Shown piece by piece: positions 31,148-41,392 of a DNA stretch of 64,000 nt. The translations under genes were made by a program, and so were the position numbers. Source of the DNA: an uncultured Pseudomonadota bacterium (lineage in GTDB: Bacteria > Oederibacteriota > Muellerivitia > Muellerivitales > Muellerivitaceae); assembly GCA_963843375.1 (NCBI GenBank), contig CAWJKT010000004.1:384001-448000 (forward strand), read 5' to 3'. The notes below the pieces were generated by a model. That model saw nothing but the letters and a program-made list of their open reading frames with translations. It had not been told where the DNA came from and made no database searches. The number at the start of each line of letters is the position of its first letter. Position 1 is the first letter of the stretch.

Positions 31148-32139
31148 GTTTGGAACCCACCGCTTTCCAGTTGCCCCGCTGGCGAGGATTCAACATCTTG
31201 GGCAAGTATTCGCTTCACCAACAGCATTTCGGCCCGTTCTTGGAATGGGATTTCCAAAGAATCTCCGAATGGGGATTCAACTTCGTGCGTTTCCCCATGG
31301 ACTACCGTCTTTGGATTAAAGACGGGGACTGGCGCAAAATTAATCCAAATGCTTTCCAAGATCTGGACCAAGCCGTTGAATGGGCCCGTTATTACGGGCT
31401 TCACGTCAGCCTCAATATCCATCGGGCCCCCGGTTATTGCATCAACCTGCCTCAAGAACCTAAGGATTTATGGACCGATCCCGAGCCCCAGGAGATTTGC
31501 GCTTCCCATTGGGGTTTTATCGCCCATCGCTATAGAGGCATTCCGAACAACGAAATGAGTTTTGATCTGTTGAATGAACCCAATGGGGTGGACAACCCCA
31601 CCTATGCCAAAGTGGTGGGCATCCTAGCGGGTGCAATCCGGGCCAAGGATTCCCAAAGGCTTATCATCGCGGATGGTACGGATGTGGGTAACCGCCCGGT
31701 GCCAGAACTAATCCCTCTGAGAATCGCCCAGGCAACCAGGGGTTATCAGCCGATGGAAATTAGCCATTACTTGGCGCCTTGGTCGCCAGGAGGGGGTCAG
31801 TATCCCAAGCCTGTCTGGCCCATGGAAAAGGAAGGGAAAAGGCTGGATAAAGAATGGATGCGGCGGGAATTTATCAGGCCGTGGAAGCAATTGGAGTCGC
31901 AAGGCGTTGGTGTTTTTGTGGGCGAATGGGGGGCATACAACAAGACGCCTCATGAAGTGGTTCTAAACTGGATGAGAGACCATTTAGAACTTTGGAAGGA
32001 AGCGGGATGGGGATGGGCTCTCTGGAATTTCCGGGGAGATTTTGGCCCCCTAGATAGCGGCCGAAAAGATGTGGATTACGAGAACCTCCAGGGGCATCAA
32101 TTGGATAAGAAAATGTTGGAATTGTTGCGAGGATATTAA
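31144..32139 (+). CDS. glycoside hydrolase family 5
   Basis: WGFNFVRFP, LNIH, FDLLNEP (acid/base), VGEWG (nucleophile), WALWNF; no signal peptide. Confidence 0.92.
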   Translation: MSLEPTAFQLPRWRGFNILGKYSLHQQHFGPFLEWDFQRISEWGFNFVRFPMDYRLWIKDGDWRKINPNAFQDLDQAVEWARYYGLHVSLNIHRAPGYCINLPQEPKDLWTDPEPQEICASHWGFIAHRYRGIPNNEMSFDLLNEPNGVDNPTYAKVVGILAGAIRAKDSQRLIIADGTDVGNRPVPELIPLRIAQATRGYQPMEISHYLAPWSPGGGQYPKPVWPMEKEGKRLDKEWMRREFIRPWKQLESQGVGVFVGEWGAYNKTPHEVVLNWMRDHLELWKEAGWGWALWNFRGDFGPLDSGRKDVDYENLQGHQLDKKMLELLRGY

Positions 32140-32183
32140 AAAGGGGACCCCAATTATTGTCCTGTTCCCTGTAAAACGAAGTA

Positions 32184-32615
32184 TTACTGCCAAGTCCCCA
32201 GGATGATGCCCATCACCAGGAAAGACACCAAGTAATAACCCACGTTGATGAAATAAAACTTCCAGGGTTTACTGTCAAAAAAGATACTGTTCAACTGGCT
32301 GGTAGCGATGAACCCTAACCAGGTCCAAAATCCTGCGTTCAGGCCTGCGAAAACACCCGAAACATGGAAAAAATTTTGCCCTGATAAGACGTTAAAGACT
32401 AGACAATAAGCGGTCAGGAGATTGGCCAAAAAAGCGAAAATGTAGTTCTTTCCAGCTTTTTTCTTCATTTCTTTGCGTTGATTCTTGCTCAATTTGTCGA
32501 AGCCCATCAGTTTAGACCAGGTCTTCCTGAAGAGACCCATGTACCAAAGGGCGCCGACAGCAAAATAAGCGATCCCGGCCATCAACACGGCTAGGTAATT
32601 AATATGAATATCCAT
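32184..32615 (-). CDS. DUF1761 family membrane protein
   Basis: INYLAVL..., GALWY..LF.KTW, INVGY. Confidence 0.85.
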   Translation of the reverse strand: MDIHINYLAVLMAGIAYFAVGALWYMGLFRKTWSKLMGFDKLSKNQRKEMKKKAGKNYIFAFLANLLTAYCLVFNVLSGQNFFHVSGVFAGLNAGFWTWLGFIATSQLNSIFFDSKPWKFYFINVGYYLVSFLVMGIILGTWQ

Positions 32616-32744
32616 TCGTGCCTCCTCTTGGTTTTAAAACAGGGTTATTTTACTGGCAACAGTTTAATCCCAAAGTTAAATCTGGTGCTGAAATGTGCAT
32701 ATGGGGCAACCACCTCTAAAAATGTGAAGGTTGCAAAACGGATC

Positions 32745-34097
32745 CTAATAAAGACTGCCTTCGCGCCGTTGGGCAAAAAGACGGTAATCCTTGGACTGGA
32801 TGGCCTTCGCCATGAGCTCGCGAGTTTGCGTATAAGTGGAATTATGAGCCTTCATGTTGTTCAGGGTATAACCCACCTGGAAATAACATCCGCAAAGGAT
32901 GAAAGCCAGCCCCAAGAGGCGCCCCCAAGGTTTTTGCCAAATCCAATCCCAGCAGTAAAAGGTGTAAAGCATAAGGGGGGGGAAAAAGAGCAGTATTCTA
33001 AAGGATGCCGCCATATCGGGAGTAAAAAGAAAACAAGCATAGAGCAATAAAAAGGTTCCGAAAATAAGATTTCTGATCCTATTCCAGTCTGCACGAGGAT
33101 GTTTTTTGAAAAATAAAAATACTACCATCGCCAGGAACTGAATAAACCACATCGCCCATAAGAAAAAACCAGGGAGTAATAGCCAATAAGAATGAAGGAG
33201 ATAGCCAACCCGAAGCCTGGTATTTTCCCCTACGAAACGGGCCATTTCGAAACTGGCAAGGGAAAAAAAACGGGCCAGGGTACCGAATAGGTCTTTGAAG
33301 TTATTCCAATTCAAGCCCGACATAAACCCATGTACGTCTTTTCCGGTATTAAAACCGAATTGAGCGTAAGTGGGGACGAGGAGAACCAGCATTGGAAGGG
33401 ACCCCAGTAAAATGAACAAAAAGGATGAGAGGGCTTTGCCATGGCGTGCCTGGAAATAAAAGGAGATCAACAGAAGGGGGCACATGGCCATCCAGGACAT
33501 ATGCAATTGCATGACCCAAAAAAGGCCGAAACCCATGAAGGCGTTGGCCCAAGAAGGATGAAGAAGACCAATGGAAAGACCCGAAACGGTTTCAAAAAAA
33601 CCAAGGAAAAACAAAACACACCCAAGGAACGCGAAGGAAGGGTTGATGACCTGGGTGGAATAATGGGTCAGCCATGGGGCGATATAAAGCCAAGTGTAAA
33701 TGAACCAAGGCGGGAAACCCGGCAAGCGCTTACAACAGTACCAACCCAACAGACTTAAAGCGATAAAAGACAAGATGTTCAAGAAGACATAAGGCGATTC
33801 GGGGACGGGCCATAAGGTGAGAGGGAGGGAAATGAGCAGACCCTCCAAGGCGCCGGGAATCTGGGTTTTAAAGGAAGTCTCTGGTCCCCGCACATCCGGA
33901 CCATAGTAGGGCCATGTTTGGGTGGTATAGGCTTTTAGTCCGATAGCATAGGTCTGTATATAATCCTCGTCGGCGGTGACCGAGGGGCAGTAAAGGCCAA
34001 ACATGACCCTGAAAATAAACGCGGATAAAAGGAAGATAATGATTTTGAAACGGTTAGAGCCGGTTGGGGTCTTGTTTTTCAGCGATGAGTTCAACAT
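32745..34097 (-). CDS. polytopic membrane protein, probable GT-C glycosyltransferase
   Basis: Acidic residues after first TM (DED), PYYGP, QLH motif, many TMs. Confidence 0.65.
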   Translation of the reverse strand: MLNSSLKNKTPTGSNRFKIIIFLLSAFIFRVMFGLYCPSVTADEDYIQTYAIGLKAYTTQTWPYYGPDVRGPETSFKTQIPGALEGLLISLPLTLWPVPESPYVFLNILSFIALSLLGWYCCKRLPGFPPWFIYTWLYIAPWLTHYSTQVINPSFAFLGCVLFFLGFFETVSGLSIGLLHPSWANAFMGFGLFWVMQLHMSWMAMCPLLLISFYFQARHGKALSSFLFILLGSLPMLVLLVPTYAQFGFNTGKDVHGFMSGLNWNNFKDLFGTLARFFSLASFEMARFVGENTRLRVGYLLHSYWLLLPGFFLWAMWFIQFLAMVVFLFFKKHPRADWNRIRNLIFGTFLLLYACFLFTPDMAASFRILLFFPPLMLYTFYCWDWIWQKPWGRLLGLAFILCGCYFQVGYTLNNMKAHNSTYTQTRELMAKAIQSKDYRLFAQRREGSLY

Positions 34098-34134
34098 AAG
34101 TCCCGAATTGAATTTAAATTGTAGTTTGGATGGG

Positions 34135-34440
34135 TCAGCGTTTTTTTCTCTTAGGAATTAACAATTTCATCAGGAGTGTTTGAAACGCGTAAAGAAAGTA
34201 ATAAAGGGCTATGAGGAAAAAGACCCCGAAAGGTGATCCCAAAGGATCGATGTAATGAACGAAAAAAATCGGGAAAAATTCAGAAATCCAAATGATTATT
34301 CCAATAGTGACGATGAAAGTCGAAGCAAATTGGATGATTTTCCCAAATGTTACTTCGGGATTATCCGATTTCGGGAAAAGGATCGAAACCAATTGTCTTT
34401 CCATCGGAAAGTAATTAATTTTTTTTTGTTTTTTCACCAA
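34135..34440 (-). CDS. small membrane hypothetical protein
   Basis: 101 aa, two TMs; start uncertain. Confidence 0.5.
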   Translation of the reverse strand: MVKKQKKINYFPMERQLVSILFPKSDNPEVTFGKIIQFASTFIVTIGIIIWISEFFPIFFVHYIDPLGSPFGVFFLIALYYFLYAFQTLLMKLLIPKRKKR

Positions 34441-34465
34441 AAGCCCATCCGGAAATAAAAATCAG

Positions 34466-35398
34466 TTATTTGAGAGCCTTCATTGTCTCCCGGATAAGAT
34501 CAGCGGATTTTTCCACCATTTTCCGTTCGTGGGGTTCCAAGGGAATCTCAAGGATCGTTTCCAATCCTTTGCGACTGAGTTTGCAAAAGACACCGAAATA
34601 CATGTCTTTCAATCCATATTCGCCTTCCAAGTAAGCGGAACAGGGAACTATCAGTTTTTTATCCTTCAAGATGGCTTCCACCATGGAACCGGCGGCTGCT
34701 CCCGGGGCGTACCATGCCGAAACCCCCAGCAAATTCACCAATTCGCCGCCGCCTTTGCGGGTGCGATCCACGATGGCTTCCACTTGTTCAGGTTTTAGGA
34801 CGCTGGAGATGGGAACCCCGGCGATGGTGGAATAACGAATAAGAGGAACCATCTCATCCCCGTGTCCCCCGATGACGGAGGCATGGACATTTTCAACGGC
34901 GACATCGGCGGCCATGGCTAAAAAAGTCCGCATCCTGCCCGAATCCAATACACCCGCCTGGCCAATGACCTGGTGTTTGGGCAATCCGGAAGCCTTATAA
35001 GCCACATAACACATGGTGTCCAAAGGGTTCGTCACTACAATCAGAATCGTATTGGGGGAGCCGGCTACCAATTTCTTGGTGACGTCCGCAACAATGCCTT
35101 GGTTGATGGCGACCAAATCCTCCCGGCTCATGCCCGGCTTGCGAGGAACTCCTGCGGTGATGACACAAATGTCCGAGTTGGCGGTTTCAGCGTAATCGGT
35201 TGTGCCGGTCAAGTGGGTGTTGTAGCCCGAAATGGGACCCACCTGTTGCATATCAAGGGCTTTGCCCTTGGGCATTTCCTTGGTCGCCGGGATATCCAGG
35301 AGAACGATGTTTCCCAGATCCCTTTCGGCCATCCAGGCCGCACAGGAAGCACCAACGTTACCGGCTCCCACAACAGTAATTTTGGGACGATTGGACAT
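34466..35398 (-). CDS. mdh: malate dehydrogenase (LDH-like)
   Basis: GAGNVG, TAGVPRKPGMSREDL, VTNPLD, GGHGD. Confidence 0.95.
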   Translation of the reverse strand: MSNRPKITVVGAGNVGASCAAWMAERDLGNIVLLDIPATKEMPKGKALDMQQVGPISGYNTHLTGTTDYAETANSDICVITAGVPRKPGMSREDLVAINQGIVADVTKKLVAGSPNTILIVVTNPLDTMCYVAYKASGLPKHQVIGQAGVLDSGRMRTFLAMAADVAVENVHASVIGGHGDEMVPLIRYSTIAGVPISSVLKPEQVEAIVDRTRKGGGELVNLLGVSAWYAPGAAAGSMVEAILKDKKLIVPCSAYLEGEYGLKDMYFGVFCKLSRKGLETILEIPLEPHERKMVEKSADLIRETMKALK

Positions 35399-35589
35399 AA
35401 AGTCTCCTTCAATAAAGGAAATGGGATCCGCCAAAAACGAAGCTGTAGTCTAGCGAAAGGGTTTCTGCCTGTCTATGATGCGTGGCGGCTTGCCAAAGTC
35501 ATTTGGATTACCTGGGTTTACTTGACATATGTGGATGGCCCCATTAGGTTGGGTTCCCTGCGGATTTGGCTATTTAATGAGGTGATTCA

Positions 35590-36132
35590 ATGGGCGAAAC
35601 GGAAAAGCGAAAAGGTTTTACGGTGTGGTTCACCGGCCTTTCGGGATCGGGTAAATCCACTATTGCCGAAAGGGTGGCTTTAAAACTGGAGCGCCGGGGC
35701 TTGCCCGTTGAAATCTTGGATGGAGACGTGGTGCGAACACACCTGTCCAAAGGATTGGGCTTTTCTCACGAGGACAGGGATGAAAACATCAAGCGCGTCG
35801 GTTTCGTGTGCCAGCTTTTGACTCGAAATGGTGTGGCTGCGATCGCTTCCGTGATTTCGCCTTACCGGGAAGCCCGGGATCATAACCGTCAAAAAATCAA
35901 AAATTTCGTGGAAGTCTATACCCGCTGCCCCATTGAAATTTGCGCCGAAAGAGATTTGAAAGGGCTTTACCAAAAAGCGAAGGCCGGGGAGATCAAGGGT
36001 TTTACAGGCGTGGACGATCCTTATGAGCCGCCCTTGAACCCTGAAGTGGTTTGCAAGACCGACACCGAATCCGTCGAGGAAAGCGTCGACAAGGTCATCC
36101 GGAAACTCGAAGAGATGGGATACCTCGTTTAA
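35590..36132 (+). CDS. cysC: adenylyl-sulfate kinase
   Basis: [44 protein letters not shown]. Confidence 0.96.
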   Translation: MGETEKRKGFTVWFTGLSGSGKSTIAERVALKLERRGLPVEILDGDVVRTHLSKGLGFSHEDRDENIKRVGFVCQLLTRNGVAAIASVISPYREARDHNRQKIKNFVEVYTRCPIEICAERDLKGLYQKAKAGEIKGFTGVDDPYEPPLNPEVVCKTDTESVEESVDKVIRKLEEMGYLV

Positions 36133-38394
36133 ATGCCGGTGGATTCGAAAATTTCATCTTTTTTTTCCCGTCGTCCATTCTTGGCCGGGCCGGGAATATT
36201 GGCGCTGACCACGGCGGTCCTTTTCAACCGCTTTCTCTCCCCCTTCACCCAACGCATCCTTTCCCTTTCCGGGGAAGATATGACGAGCCAATTTGTCTGG
36301 TGGCGCCAATTTGGCTTTGAGGAGTTGAAAAAAGGCCATTTGGCCCTTTGGGATCCCTATCTTTTTTGCGGGGCCCCCTATTTCGCAGGATTCCAATCCG
36401 CCCTCCTTTATCCTCCTAACTGGCTTTTCATGTTTTTGCCACTACCCTTTGCCCTCAATTTCACTATCGCTCTTCATACCTTTTTAGGAGGCTGGTTCAC
36501 TTACTTATGGATCAGGGGAAGAGGGTCCCGGGCGACTTCCGCGCTTTTAGCCGGCTTTATGTTTATGTTCGGGGCTGCTTTCTTCCTTCATGTTGTGCCG
36601 GGCCACCTGCCCAACCTTTGCACCATGGTTTGGATTCCCCTGATACTTTTGGCCGTGGATCAATTCCGCAAAAAGGATGAAATCCGGTGGATGGTCCTGG
36701 GAATGTTGGCTTGGAGTTTTCAGATATTGGCCGGGCATATCCAGTATGTTTATTACACCTTCCTGTTTGTTGGCCTTTACACCTTGGCGGATCTGCCCCT
36801 AGTCCTGAAAAAAATGAGGTTCCTTTCGGGTTTGGCCGGGATGGGCTTGGGCGCGGGGCTTCTTTGCGCAGTTCAGCTGTTGGCCGGTTGGGACGCGGCC
36901 GCAGAAAGCATCCGGTCTCAACATCTCAACATTGACATTTTGGATGTAGGAGACATGACGCCTGAGCGCCTTTGGGGCTTATTGATGCCCGGCTTTTTCG
37001 GAAACTATCGTGATTACTGGGGCGGCGGCATGTATTGGGAAGGAGCGATGGCGGTCAGCATGACCGGATTTGTCCTGGCGCTGTTTGGACTAGCGACTTC
37101 TCGGAACCGACAAAAATACTTATTCGCGGGTATAGGGCTTTTTTTCACTTTGGTCGCCATTGGAAAGCGCGGCCCTTTTTTTATTCCACTTTGCAAATAT
37201 TTACCTCTCTTTGATGACTTTCGAGGGATAGGGAAACTGAATATCCTCATTACCTTAAGCTTGATCGCATTGGCGTCGATGGGAATGGACGAGGTATTGG
37301 AAGGGTACCCATCGCTGGTAAAACTTGCCAAGAGTTCCGTCGTAAGCGCGGGTCTGACCGGACTTTTAGCCATTATTGGATGGGTTTCACTCGAGTGGGG
37401 CGGGGGAAGGATTTTCAGAAAATTCCCGACCGAAGGCCCCCATATCATCCAAAGCCTCCTTTTTTGCTCCCTCATTTTTCTGGTTCTTTCCCTTCTTTCC
37501 TGGCTCGGTTTAAGACGAACATGGTTTCGTTATGGATTCCTGGTGATCGCCTTCCTGGAACTTTTTGGGTTTGCCTGGATCAACATGCCTTCTTTTGATT
37601 ACAGGACTCTTATGAACAGGGTGAAGGTGATCCCCCAGACCTACCAAAAAGACCCGGGGGATTACCGGATCTCAGCTAATTTCTGTTACGCCATGGGCTT
37701 CAAAGGTTTCGAGGTTTGGGGAGATGACCCGGTCATTCCATATCGTTATGCTGTTTTCGCTTCCGCGTCCCAGAACTATGGTTCTTATATAGAAGTTCTT
37801 TGGAAGGCCTTTTTAAAAGAACCTCCGCCTTCTCTGGGACTGTTGAGGTTGCGTTATATTTTCAACGAAAGTCCCGGAGGGTTGGATGTTCGCCGTACCG
37901 GATTAAAGGAAACACCCCGTTTTTTCGTGACAGGTCAATGGAGAGTTCTGAAGCCGGAAGATATACTGGCGGATACCCTCCAGCCTGGTTTCGACGCCAC
38001 CCGAGAAGCATTGTTGGAATCCGATCCCGGCATCGTCTCTAAGCCGGGGAATCTGGAAAGCCGCATAAAATGGGAAGATCTTTCGACGGACGAGATTCGA
38101 ATCGACGCCCAGGTGTCCCAGCCCTCCGTGTTAGTTGTGGCTGATAACTACAGCCATGGATGGAAAGCTGTCCCCCTGGATACCTCCGCGCAACGGGGTT
38201 ATTCCGTGATGCCAGCCTACGGTTTTTTAAGGGCGATCCCCTTGGAAGCGGGGGAGCACCACATCCTTTTGGAATATCGGCCGACGGCTTTTGTCATCGG
38301 CAAGTGGATTTCGATCTTTGCCTGGCTGTCCTTGGCGGTTTTCTTGTTTTGGAAAAGAAATATTTTTTTCGGGAAAAACTTTGAAATCGGGTGA
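36133..38394 (+). CDS. YfhO-family membrane glycosyltransferase-like protein
   Basis: LWDPYLFCGAP...LYPPN, LAGHIQY, C-terminal DNYSHGWKA...GEHHI..EYRP. Confidence 0.85.
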   Translation: MPVDSKISSFFSRRPFLAGPGILALTTAVLFNRFLSPFTQRILSLSGEDMTSQFVWWRQFGFEELKKGHLALWDPYLFCGAPYFAGFQSALLYPPNWLFMFLPLPFALNFTIALHTFLGGWFTYLWIRGRGSRATSALLAGFMFMFGAAFFLHVVPGHLPNLCTMVWIPLILLAVDQFRKKDEIRWMVLGMLAWSFQILAGHIQYVYYTFLFVGLYTLADLPLVLKKMRFLSGLAGMGLGAGLLCAVQLLAGWDAAAESIRSQHLNIDILDVGDMTPERLWGLLMPGFFGNYRDYWGGGMYWEGAMAVSMTGFVLALFGLATSRNRQKYLFAGIGLFFTLVAIGKRGPFFIPLCKYLPLFDDFRGIGKLNILITLSLIALASMGMDEVLEGYPSLVKLAKSSVVSAGLTGLLAIIGWVSLEWGGGRIFRKFPTEGPHIIQSLLFCSLIFLVLSLLSWLGLRRTWFRYGFLVIAFLELFGFAWINMPSFDYRTLMNRVKVIPQTYQKDPGDYRISANFCYAMGFKGFEVWGDDPVIPYRYAVFASASQNYGSYIEVLWKAFLKEPPPSLGLLRLRYIFNESPGGLDVRRTGLKETPRFFVTGQWRVLKPEDILADTLQPGFDATREALLESDPGIVSKPGNLESRIKWEDLSTDEIRIDAQVSQPSVLVVADNYSHGWKAVPLDTSAQRGYSVMPAYGFLRAIPLEAGEHHILLEYRPTAFVIGKWISIFAWLSLAVFLFWKRNIFFGKNFEIG

Positions 38395-40636
38395 AAATTC
38401 AGAGCGGGATACAAAAAACAAGAACCGATATTTCCAATCGATTTGGAAAATACCCGGCCTTTTACTGGCCGCCACCCTGGCGGTCTTCTGGGATTTCCTC
38501 TCTCCCTATACCTCAAAGGTTTTATCCATCCCCGGGGGGGATTTGAGCGACATCCTGGTCAGTTGGTATCAGTTCGGCTTCGGAGAGCTTCGAAAAGGCC
38601 ACTTGACGCTCTGGAATCCCTATCTTTGCGGCGGCCTTCCCTTTTTGGGCGGATTCCAATCCGCCCTTCTTTATCCCCCCAATTGGTTGTTCATGGTTTT
38701 ACCTCTTCCCTTCGCCTTGAACTTAAATTTCGCGCTTCATGTTTTCCTGTCCGGGTGGTTTACCTTCCTTTGGATTAGCCGAAGGGGGTCGCATCCCGCC
38801 TCCGCCTTAATGGCCGCCTTGGGTTTCATGTTCGGGGGATCCACCTTTCTCCACCTGGTTCCGGGGCACCTGCCCAACGTTGACTCGATGACCTGGACTC
38901 CGCTCGTCTTCTTAGCGGTGGATGGCTGCCTGGAACGGGTGGAAAAGAAGTGGATTCTCCTGGGAATGTTCGCCCTCTCCATGCAAATCCTCTCCGGGCA
39001 CATTCAGTACGGCTATTACACCGTCTTTGCCGCGAGTCTCTACGTCCTTTTGAACATTCCCCGGACGGGCCAGAAAAAAATTTTTTTGGCGGCCTGGGTT
39101 GTTATGGGCGCGGGGGCGGGATTGCTCACGGCGGTACAGCTTTTGACCGGGTGGGAAGCGGCTGGGGAGAGCGTAAGGACTCAGCATTTATCCTTGGATT
39201 TTCTCAATATCGCCTCCATCACCCCCGAGAGGCTTTGGTGCCTTTTGATGCCCCGTTTTTTCGGAGGATGGAGGAATTATTGGGGTGGAAGTTTTTATTG
39301 GGAGGGTGTTCTATTCATCAGCGTGACAGCCTTCCTGCTTGCTCTTTTCGCTTTGGGGTCATCCCCGCATCCTCAAAAGAAAATCTTTGCGGCAATCGCC
39401 TTGTTCCTGGGTTCCCTGGCGATTGGCACCCATCTGCCGCTTTTCGCTTTTTTTTGCAAGTGGGTTCCCTTTTTCGGAAATTTCCGGGGAGTCGGAAAGT
39501 TGAACGTCCAGATAACCTTGTGCCTGTTGGCCCTTGCGGCCATGGGAATGGACGGAATTTTTGACCATCCCCGAAACTTGAAGGGGTTCGGACAGCTTGC
39601 GGGATGGGGAAGCGGAATATTCTTTTTCACCGCTGGCCTCTTTTTAGCCGTGCCCCGCCTTGGGGGAGCGAGGATTTTTCGCCAATACCTGGTTTATGCC
39701 GGGTCCATGACCCTTAGCCTTTTGTTTTGCGGCATCCTTTTGGCTGGTCTGGCGTTTTTGGCGTGGGCCAGCCTGAGGCGGCCGGCTTGGAGGTGGATGT
39801 TCGTCGTGGTGGCTTTCCTCGAACTCTTTCTCTTTGCCAAAGACAACTTGCCGTTCTTTGATTTCAAGGAACTAAGCGCGAAAGTCTCTGGAATTCAGGA
39901 AATTTATTCCCGGGATCCGGGGGATTACCGGGTTTCAGCGGCCATCCCCGATACCACCTTGGGAGCCCGTGGATGGGACATATGGGGGGAAGATCCCGTA
40001 AACCCTTTTCGCTACGCCCGATTTGTATGCGCGACTCAAGGTTTGGATGTCGATAAGGATACCCAATTGATTCCCTTCTTCCGCCAATGGCCGCCCTCGA
40101 TGGGATTGCTGCGGTTAAGATACGTTATCAAACAAGAAGCGGGCCAATGGCGGGTGGAAAAAACAGGATTTCGGGAGCCGCCACGGGCTTTTTTAACCGA
40201 ACGTTTCGAGGTATTGAATCCCGACGAAATCCTCAAACGGACCCTCGATCCACGGTTTGACCCAACTAAGGAGGCGTTGTTGGAATCCGGACCCGGAATC
40301 CCGTCGGGGAATGATTCGGCCGCTGGCCATGTTTTGTTGAAGGATCTTTCCAGCGATAAAATCGAGGTTGAAGCGGAAATTTCCAAACCCGCCCTTTTGG
40401 TGGTTACCGATAACTACAGCCGGGGATGGAAGATCGAGCCCCAATCGGCCGATACGCAGGGCCGATACCAGGTAATGCCAGTCAATGGTTTTCAAAGGGC
40501 GATCCCACTTTTGACAGGAAGCCACCACTTTTATATGGAATACATTCCAAGCCTTTTTAATTTTGGCAAATGGATTTCCATCGGTTCCTGGATTTGTTTT
40601 TTTGCCCTTTTAGTCCTGAAAAGACGAGGCCTATAA
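38381..40636 (+). CDS. YfhO-family paralogue (tandem duplicate; start uncertain)
   Basis: Same motifs; long near-identical stretches such as GFQSALLYPPNWLFM. Confidence 0.85.
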   Translation: MKSGENSERDTKNKNRYFQSIWKIPGLLLAATLAVFWDFLSPYTSKVLSIPGGDLSDILVSWYQFGFGELRKGHLTLWNPYLCGGLPFLGGFQSALLYPPNWLFMVLPLPFALNLNFALHVFLSGWFTFLWISRRGSHPASALMAALGFMFGGSTFLHLVPGHLPNVDSMTWTPLVFLAVDGCLERVEKKWILLGMFALSMQILSGHIQYGYYTVFAASLYVLLNIPRTGQKKIFLAAWVVMGAGAGLLTAVQLLTGWEAAGESVRTQHLSLDFLNIASITPERLWCLLMPRFFGGWRNYWGGSFYWEGVLFISVTAFLLALFALGSSPHPQKKIFAAIALFLGSLAIGTHLPLFAFFCKWVPFFGNFRGVGKLNVQITLCLLALAAMGMDGIFDHPRNLKGFGQLAGWGSGIFFFTAGLFLAVPRLGGARIFRQYLVYAGSMTLSLLFCGILLAGLAFLAWASLRRPAWRWMFVVVAFLELFLFAKDNLPFFDFKELSAKVSGIQEIYSRDPGDYRVSAAIPDTTLGARGWDIWGEDPVNPFRYARFVCATQGLDVDKDTQLIPFFRQWPPSMGLLRLRYVIKQEAGQWRVEKTGFREPPRAFLTERFEVLNPDEILKRTLDPRFDPTKEALLESGPGIPSGNDSAAGHVLLKDLSSDKIEVEAEISKPALLVVTDNYSRGWKIEPQSADTQGRYQVMPVNGFQRAIPLLTGSHHFYMEYIPSLFNFGKWISIGSWICFFALLVLKRRGL

Positions 40637-40644
40637 TAAAAGCC

Positions 40645-41325
40645 ATGGAAGAGATCACCGCCGAACAATTTTTGGAAAACGCCAAGACCTGGAAACCCGA
40701 GGAAGATTTTAAGGCCCGGGTCGACAAGCAATTGCGTATTGCCCATGCCCCGGAAGACCTGATAGGGGATCTGAGCCTAGCCTTCCGCCGTTGTTCCGAC
40801 AGTACTTACGATTACATCCAGCACATCCACGAGTTGGCCACTACAAAGGAAATCGACCGAAAGAATTTCCTTCCCCAAGTCGCCCATTTGGTCGGACTCG
40901 TCCAAGATGTCCAGGAGGCGGGGCGGCATTACCGAGAAGTCTTTAAGAAATACGACGCCATCACCCGTGGCGCCCTGATCCAAGACCAATTCGACACGGT
41001 TTATTATGACGCCATTCAAAATATCGAATTGAGAGTGTTGCTAAAGAAGATCATTGAAGAAGTGGAAATGGTCCTGCAATCATTCTCCCTGGTGAGCGGC
41101 GACCTCTCGGGCGTCCAGTGCATCGACCTTTACGAGAGCAGTGTCCGTTTTCAGCTTTTCCTTCAGTATTTCCTGAGCAAGAAAAACTTCTCCCCGGAAG
41201 AACTTTGGTCCATTCTTTTCGACGTTTACAATCAGTTGGGGGAGATGGAAAGCCTCTCAATTGAACCGACGGCGGAAGAACTTCGGGATCTGCACGCGAA
41301 AATCCAAAAATTTAAGACAAATTAG
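40645..41325 (+). CDS. hypothetical acidic helical protein
   Basis: Long ORF; ATG 40645 follows TATAAT. Confidence 0.7.
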   Translation: MEEITAEQFLENAKTWKPEEDFKARVDKQLRIAHAPEDLIGDLSLAFRRCSDSTYDYIQHIHELATTKEIDRKNFLPQVAHLVGLVQDVQEAGRHYREVFKKYDAITRGALIQDQFDTVYYDAIQNIELRVLLKKIIEEVEMVLQSFSLVSGDLSGVQCIDLYESSVRFQLFLQYFLSKKNFSPEELWSILFDVYNQLGEMESLSIEPTAEELRDLHAKIQKFKTN

Positions 41326-41392
41326 AATCGGATAAGTAGGCCGTTAAATAAAGATGGAATTCATGACTTTGAGGGCTGGGTGACAGGTTTCT

